Assembly (NCBI GenBank): GCA_038144595.1
Contig: JAYQOB010000003.1
Coordinates: forward strand, 1,949-65,948
Source of the DNA: Candidatus Poseidoniales archaeon
GTDB taxonomy: Archaea > Thermoplasmatota > Poseidoniia > Poseidoniales > Poseidoniaceae
Direction of reading: 5' to 3'
Length of the DNA stretch: 64,000 bases
A program made the position numbers and the translations under genes. Position 1 is the first letter of the stretch, and the number at the start of each line of letters is the position of its first letter. The notes beneath the pieces were generated by a model. The model was given only the letters and a program-made list of their open reading frames with translations. It ran no database searches and was not told the origin of the DNA. Below are positions 63,524 to 64,000 of this stretch, piece after piece.

Positions 63524-64000
63524 TCAACGATTGGGTTTGATGTTCAAGGAGGCCCAACCCGAACCGTTCCACGACAGATGGTTCACACGCCCGTCGTCTT
63601 CCACCACCATGCGGTCGCTGTCGTTGAGGGCCACCACCGGGAGTGCGCCGGCCGTGGACTTCGCTTCCCCGAGCGGTTCATCCGAGGATTTGATGCGATT
63701 GCTGTAATGGGTCAGGGCCAGGCTTTCGGCGCCCAAGGCCAGCGCAGACGCCACGGCACCTGTGGCCGTCGAGTGTTGGTGTTCGTCCGCTTTGTCGTGT
63801 TGCTCATTGAGGAAGGTTGCTTCATGAACCAGCAGCGTCGGTGCGATGTCCTCGGTCCATGCCGGTGGGGACGAGGCCGTGTCGCCGGAGATCAACACGC
63901 TGATCGGTGCTCGCTCGCCGCCTCGGAACCACGCCGATTCAAGCGTTTCACCCTCAGCGGTCGTGACGTCCTCGCCTCGGGCGAGCATGGCCCGTTCTTT
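63524..64000 (-). CDS. rnz: ribonuclease Z (metallo-beta-lactamase fold), C-terminal part; gene continues beyond the window end
   Basis: ...ISVLISGDTASSPP...LLVHEATFLNEQHDKADEHQHSTATGAVASALALGAESLALTHYSNR... shows the GDT, HEATF, HST and LTH(F/Y)S motifs. The frame is open to position 64000. Confidence 0.75.
   Translation of the reverse strand, partial: KERAMLARGEDVTTAEGETLESAWFRGGERAPISVLISGDTASSPPAWTEDIAPTLLVHEATFLNEQHDKADEHQHSTATGAVASALALGAESLALTHYSNRIKSSDEPLGEAKSTAGALPVVALNDSDRMVVEDDGRVNHLSWNGSGWASLNIKPNR

Noticed and set aside
1-64000. Mobile elements, prophage, integrase/transposase, rRNA/tRNA genes and CRISPR arrays
   Set aside because: None of the six-frame translations show integrase, transposase, capsid or terminase motifs. 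I found no long direct or inverted DNA repeats and no structured-RNA signatures. A tRNAscan/Infernal run would be needed to exclude small RNAs formally.

Overview
GC-rich (judged by eye, not computed), very gene-dense archaeal chromosomal segment. All calls come from reading the six-frame translations and recognising motifs; no database search was run.

Archaeal identity rests on aIF-1A, Rio1 kinase, a Dim2/Pno1-like KH protein, archaeal-type ribosomal protein uS2, Taw1, RNase Z, and a nuoA-B-C-D-H-I-J1-J2-K-L-M-N operon without nuoEFG. Giant surface proteins, a 1538-aa subtilase, beta-oxidation and bacterial-like accessory genes resemble planktonic Thermoplasmatota (Marine Group II/III-like). 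That placement is inference only.

Layout:
- 1-10.3 kb: gpm fragment, small membrane proteins, and a two-ATPase ABC operon with a giant double-FtsX permease, then an AlkB-like hydroxylase preceded by two untracked paralogous small ORFs.
- 10.9-13.9 kb: Taw1, a YeeE/YedE pair, rhodanese and a GST.
- 13.9-21.1 kb: a glycosylation locus (gmd, two GT4 genes) enclosing a compact E1-like/JAMM/78-aa operon and a HADH-ECH fusion.
- 21.2-28 kb: regulators, a phosphoesterase, Dus, uS2, a membrane-inserted Cas4-family nuclease and a lipoprotein.
- 28-33 kb: CARDB/Ig-like surface proteins.
- 33-35.4 kb: KH, Rio1 and aIF-1A.
- 35.5-47.7 kb: the nuo operon.
- 47.9-63.5 kb: a surface-protein and subtilase island.
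- 63.5-64 kb: RNase Z (partial).

No rRNA, tRNA, CRISPR array, transposase or integrase was recognised.

Best candidates for novelty:
- the orphan E1-like/JAMM/small-protein operon (16.36-17.80 kb);
- a canonical EF-hand pair with His-rich flanks inserted into NuoL;
- a Cas4-family nuclease split by a 4-TM insertion;
- tandem paralogous small ORFs upstream of the AlkB-like hydroxylase;
- an aIF-1A with a repeated acidic/aromatic tail;
- cytoplasmic zinc-ribbon tails on several huge surface proteins.

At least six conserved genes carry apparent single-nucleotide frameshifts. These may be assembly indel errors rather than biology.
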